A stretch of 64,000 nt of DNA from an uncultured Acidobacteriota bacterium (GTDB taxonomy: Bacteria; Acidobacteriota; Vicinamibacteria; Vicinamibacterales; Fen-181), in assembly GCA_963724775.1 (NCBI GenBank), contig CAVRWB010000016.1, positions 28,815 to 92,814 of the forward strand. Direction: 5' to 3'. The position numbers were made by a program, and so were the translations under genes. How positions within the stretch are numbered: position 1 is the first letter of the stretch; every line of letters begins with the position of its first letter. The notes under the pieces were generated by a model. That model did not search any database. It was given only the letters and a program-made list of their open reading frames with translations, and had not been told where the DNA came from. Positions 63,969 to 64,000 of this stretch are shown here, in pieces.

Positions 63969-64000
63969 GAACTGAGCTTGCCCCGGCCCGGGCCCGGCGT

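Overview
This is a very GC-rich (~70%) chromosomal segment, gene-dense on both strands. I recognised no rRNA, tRNA, CRISPR array, transposase or integrase; I did not scan systematically for tRNA, so that absence is by eye only.

The gene content (two ADOP-type FtsX/MacB permeases, a PEP-CTERM protein, a DUF5666 lipoprotein, a DUF481 outer-membrane protein, high GC) points to Acidobacteriota or a similar soil lineage; this is an inference. Recognisable genes include:
- a HEAT-repeat protein, an amidohydrolase, truA and a cysK-cysE operon;
- a proline dehydrogenase and an azurin;
- a hom-metY operon with a terminator/attenuator leader;
- a secreted esterase flanked by inverted arrays of a 9-bp tandem repeat;
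- an lhr-nei DNA-repair operon;
- an HdrE/HdrD-like (DsrMK-like) two-gene redox module;
- a Ser/Thr-signalling and cell-wall cluster (FHA, PP2C, STPK, a natural SEDS-class B PBP fusion, FHA);
- a flotillin, a sigma-54 activator, an ATP-dependent DNA ligase and an orphan glycyl-radical enzyme;
- peptidases, PrpE-like and other AMP-ligases, a collagen-like protein beside a TMTC-like TPR membrane protein, a CHASE hybrid histidine kinase and Cu/Zn SOD.

Almost every gene longer than about 1 kb shows one or more apparent frameshifts. This suggests an indel-prone assembly rather than real pseudogenes, so CDS boundaries are approximate.

The most unusual signal is a pervasive family of degenerate 7-9 bp tandem repeats (AACGGAG / GTCAAC / TTGACGA / AAATCGCC cores) at gene termini and in intergenic regions. 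One array sits in-frame inside hom, and two inverted arrays bracket the esterase gene. There are also 37-bp hairpin tandem repeats and a dispersed GCAAAGCTCCAGCTTTGC palindrome family.
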